Notes under the pieces: generated by a model | Databases searched by the model: none | Told to the model about the DNA's origin: nothing | Seen by the model: the letters and a program-made list of their open reading frames with translations, nothing else | Position numbers and translations under genes: made by a program | Virus record (IMG/VR): IMGVR_UViG_3300007973_000004 | Coordinates: 1-45,213 of that record | Reading direction: 5' to 3' (one strand) | Source: a virus | Taxonomy: Duplodnaviria > Caudoviricetes | Length of the DNA: 45,213 nucleotides | Part shown: positions 44,572 through 45,213 of the stretch, in pieces | Numbering within the stretch: position 1 is the first letter of the stretch | How the letters are laid out: every line of letters begins with the position of its first letter

Positions 44572-44732
44572 GTTTAGCGCATTGATGAGCGTTCTCAATA
44601 AGCAGTCTTATTGAGAATCACTTGAGACTCACGCTGAGAATTGGTCGATATTCCCTCATCCTCCAGGATCCCCAATCCCTGCAGCAGATCACGCCAGCCT
44701 CTAGCACTCATCCTATGGGCCCTGCAAGCACT

Positions 44733-44790
44733 AAAAAGGGCCCTGATGGGCCCTGGTGCGGGATTGGCTGGAGGGGCCCTTATGGGCCCT
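44733..44790 (-). terminator. Tandem GGGCCC hairpins / terminator after gp88-like gene
   Basis: Minus strand AGGGCCC-ATCA-GGGCCCT-TTTT plus a second GGGCCC-ATAA-GGGCCC; five GGGCCC sites within 44717-44789. Confidence 0.6.
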
Positions 44791-44800
44791 TGTGAGCCTG

Positions 44801-45211
44801 TCAGTCGAGGCAGAATGCTGCACGATCCTCTGGCATGTAGTTAATGCCGTGGGGGAGCTTAAAGCGTAGGCCGATGATGCTGCCAGTGTAACCATCAGCA
44901 GGGCGATAGTCTGACGAATCACCGTCAACGACATTCAGAACTCTGCCAAACCATGCTGAATCGAACCTAGACGCGGATACGTACAACGGGAGCACGTCGC
45001 GACGTTTGATGTCAAATGCGGCCGCAACGTTCACGCCATGGCGCAATGCCTGACGGCATAGCTTAAGATTTGCCGCATTGTCCCAGCCATCGAAACTGAA
45101 CGTAAGGTGATATCCCAGCCGCTTGCATTCGGCCCAGTTGCGTCTAATTTTCGTGTAGTCATAAAACACAACCACGGGCCCACCATGCGCGGCAATGTAG
45201 TTGAACACTTC
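44801..45211 (-). CDS. Gene-product-88-like protein, 5' end outside window
   Basis: FYDYTK, YHLTFS, GVNVAAAF, VVDGD..DYR..D, IIGLRFK; frame open to the window edge. Confidence 0.7.
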   Translation of the reverse strand, partial: EVFNYIAAHGGPVVVFYDYTKIRRNWAECKRLGYHLTFSFDGWDNAANLKLCRQALRHGVNVAAAFDIKRRDVLPLYVSASRFDSAWFGRVLNVVDGDSSDYRPADGYTGSIIGLRFKLPHGINYMPEDRAAFCLD

Positions 45212-45213
45212 AA

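Overview
A 45-kb segment of a long-tailed dsDNA phage (siphovirus-type). A cyanobacterial host is most likely: there is a cyanophage-style minimal class I ribonucleotide reductase, a CP12-like C-terminal motif and a canonical NtcA box. Positions 1-34 kb are a minus-strand virion operon. In transcription order it holds portal, head morphogenesis protein, a six-gene glycosyl/methyltransferase block, small head genes (one pair joined by an apparent programmed -1 frameshift), DUF2213-type protease/scaffold, decoration protein, major capsid, adaptors, tail tube, frameshifted tail chaperones, tape measure, lambda M/L/K/J-like tip genes, two extra tube-like genes and two fibres. Positions 34-43 kb hold a divergently transcribed terminase, a tRNA/structured-RNA region with HNH and EndoVII nucleases, a phosphoesterase and RNR alpha/beta. 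The standout is 43.05-44.42 kb: a 324-aa protein with an intact IS110-type DEDD RuvC domain but no recognisable IS110 serine motif. It is flanked by five copies (one upstream, four in a downstream array with its own -10 and terminator) of a 53-54-nt stem/symmetric-internal-loop/stem unit carrying two variable segments. This is a candidate RNA-guided system related to, but architecturally distinct from, IS110 bridge RNAs and TIGR-Tas. All family calls are from motif recognition by eye, not database searches.
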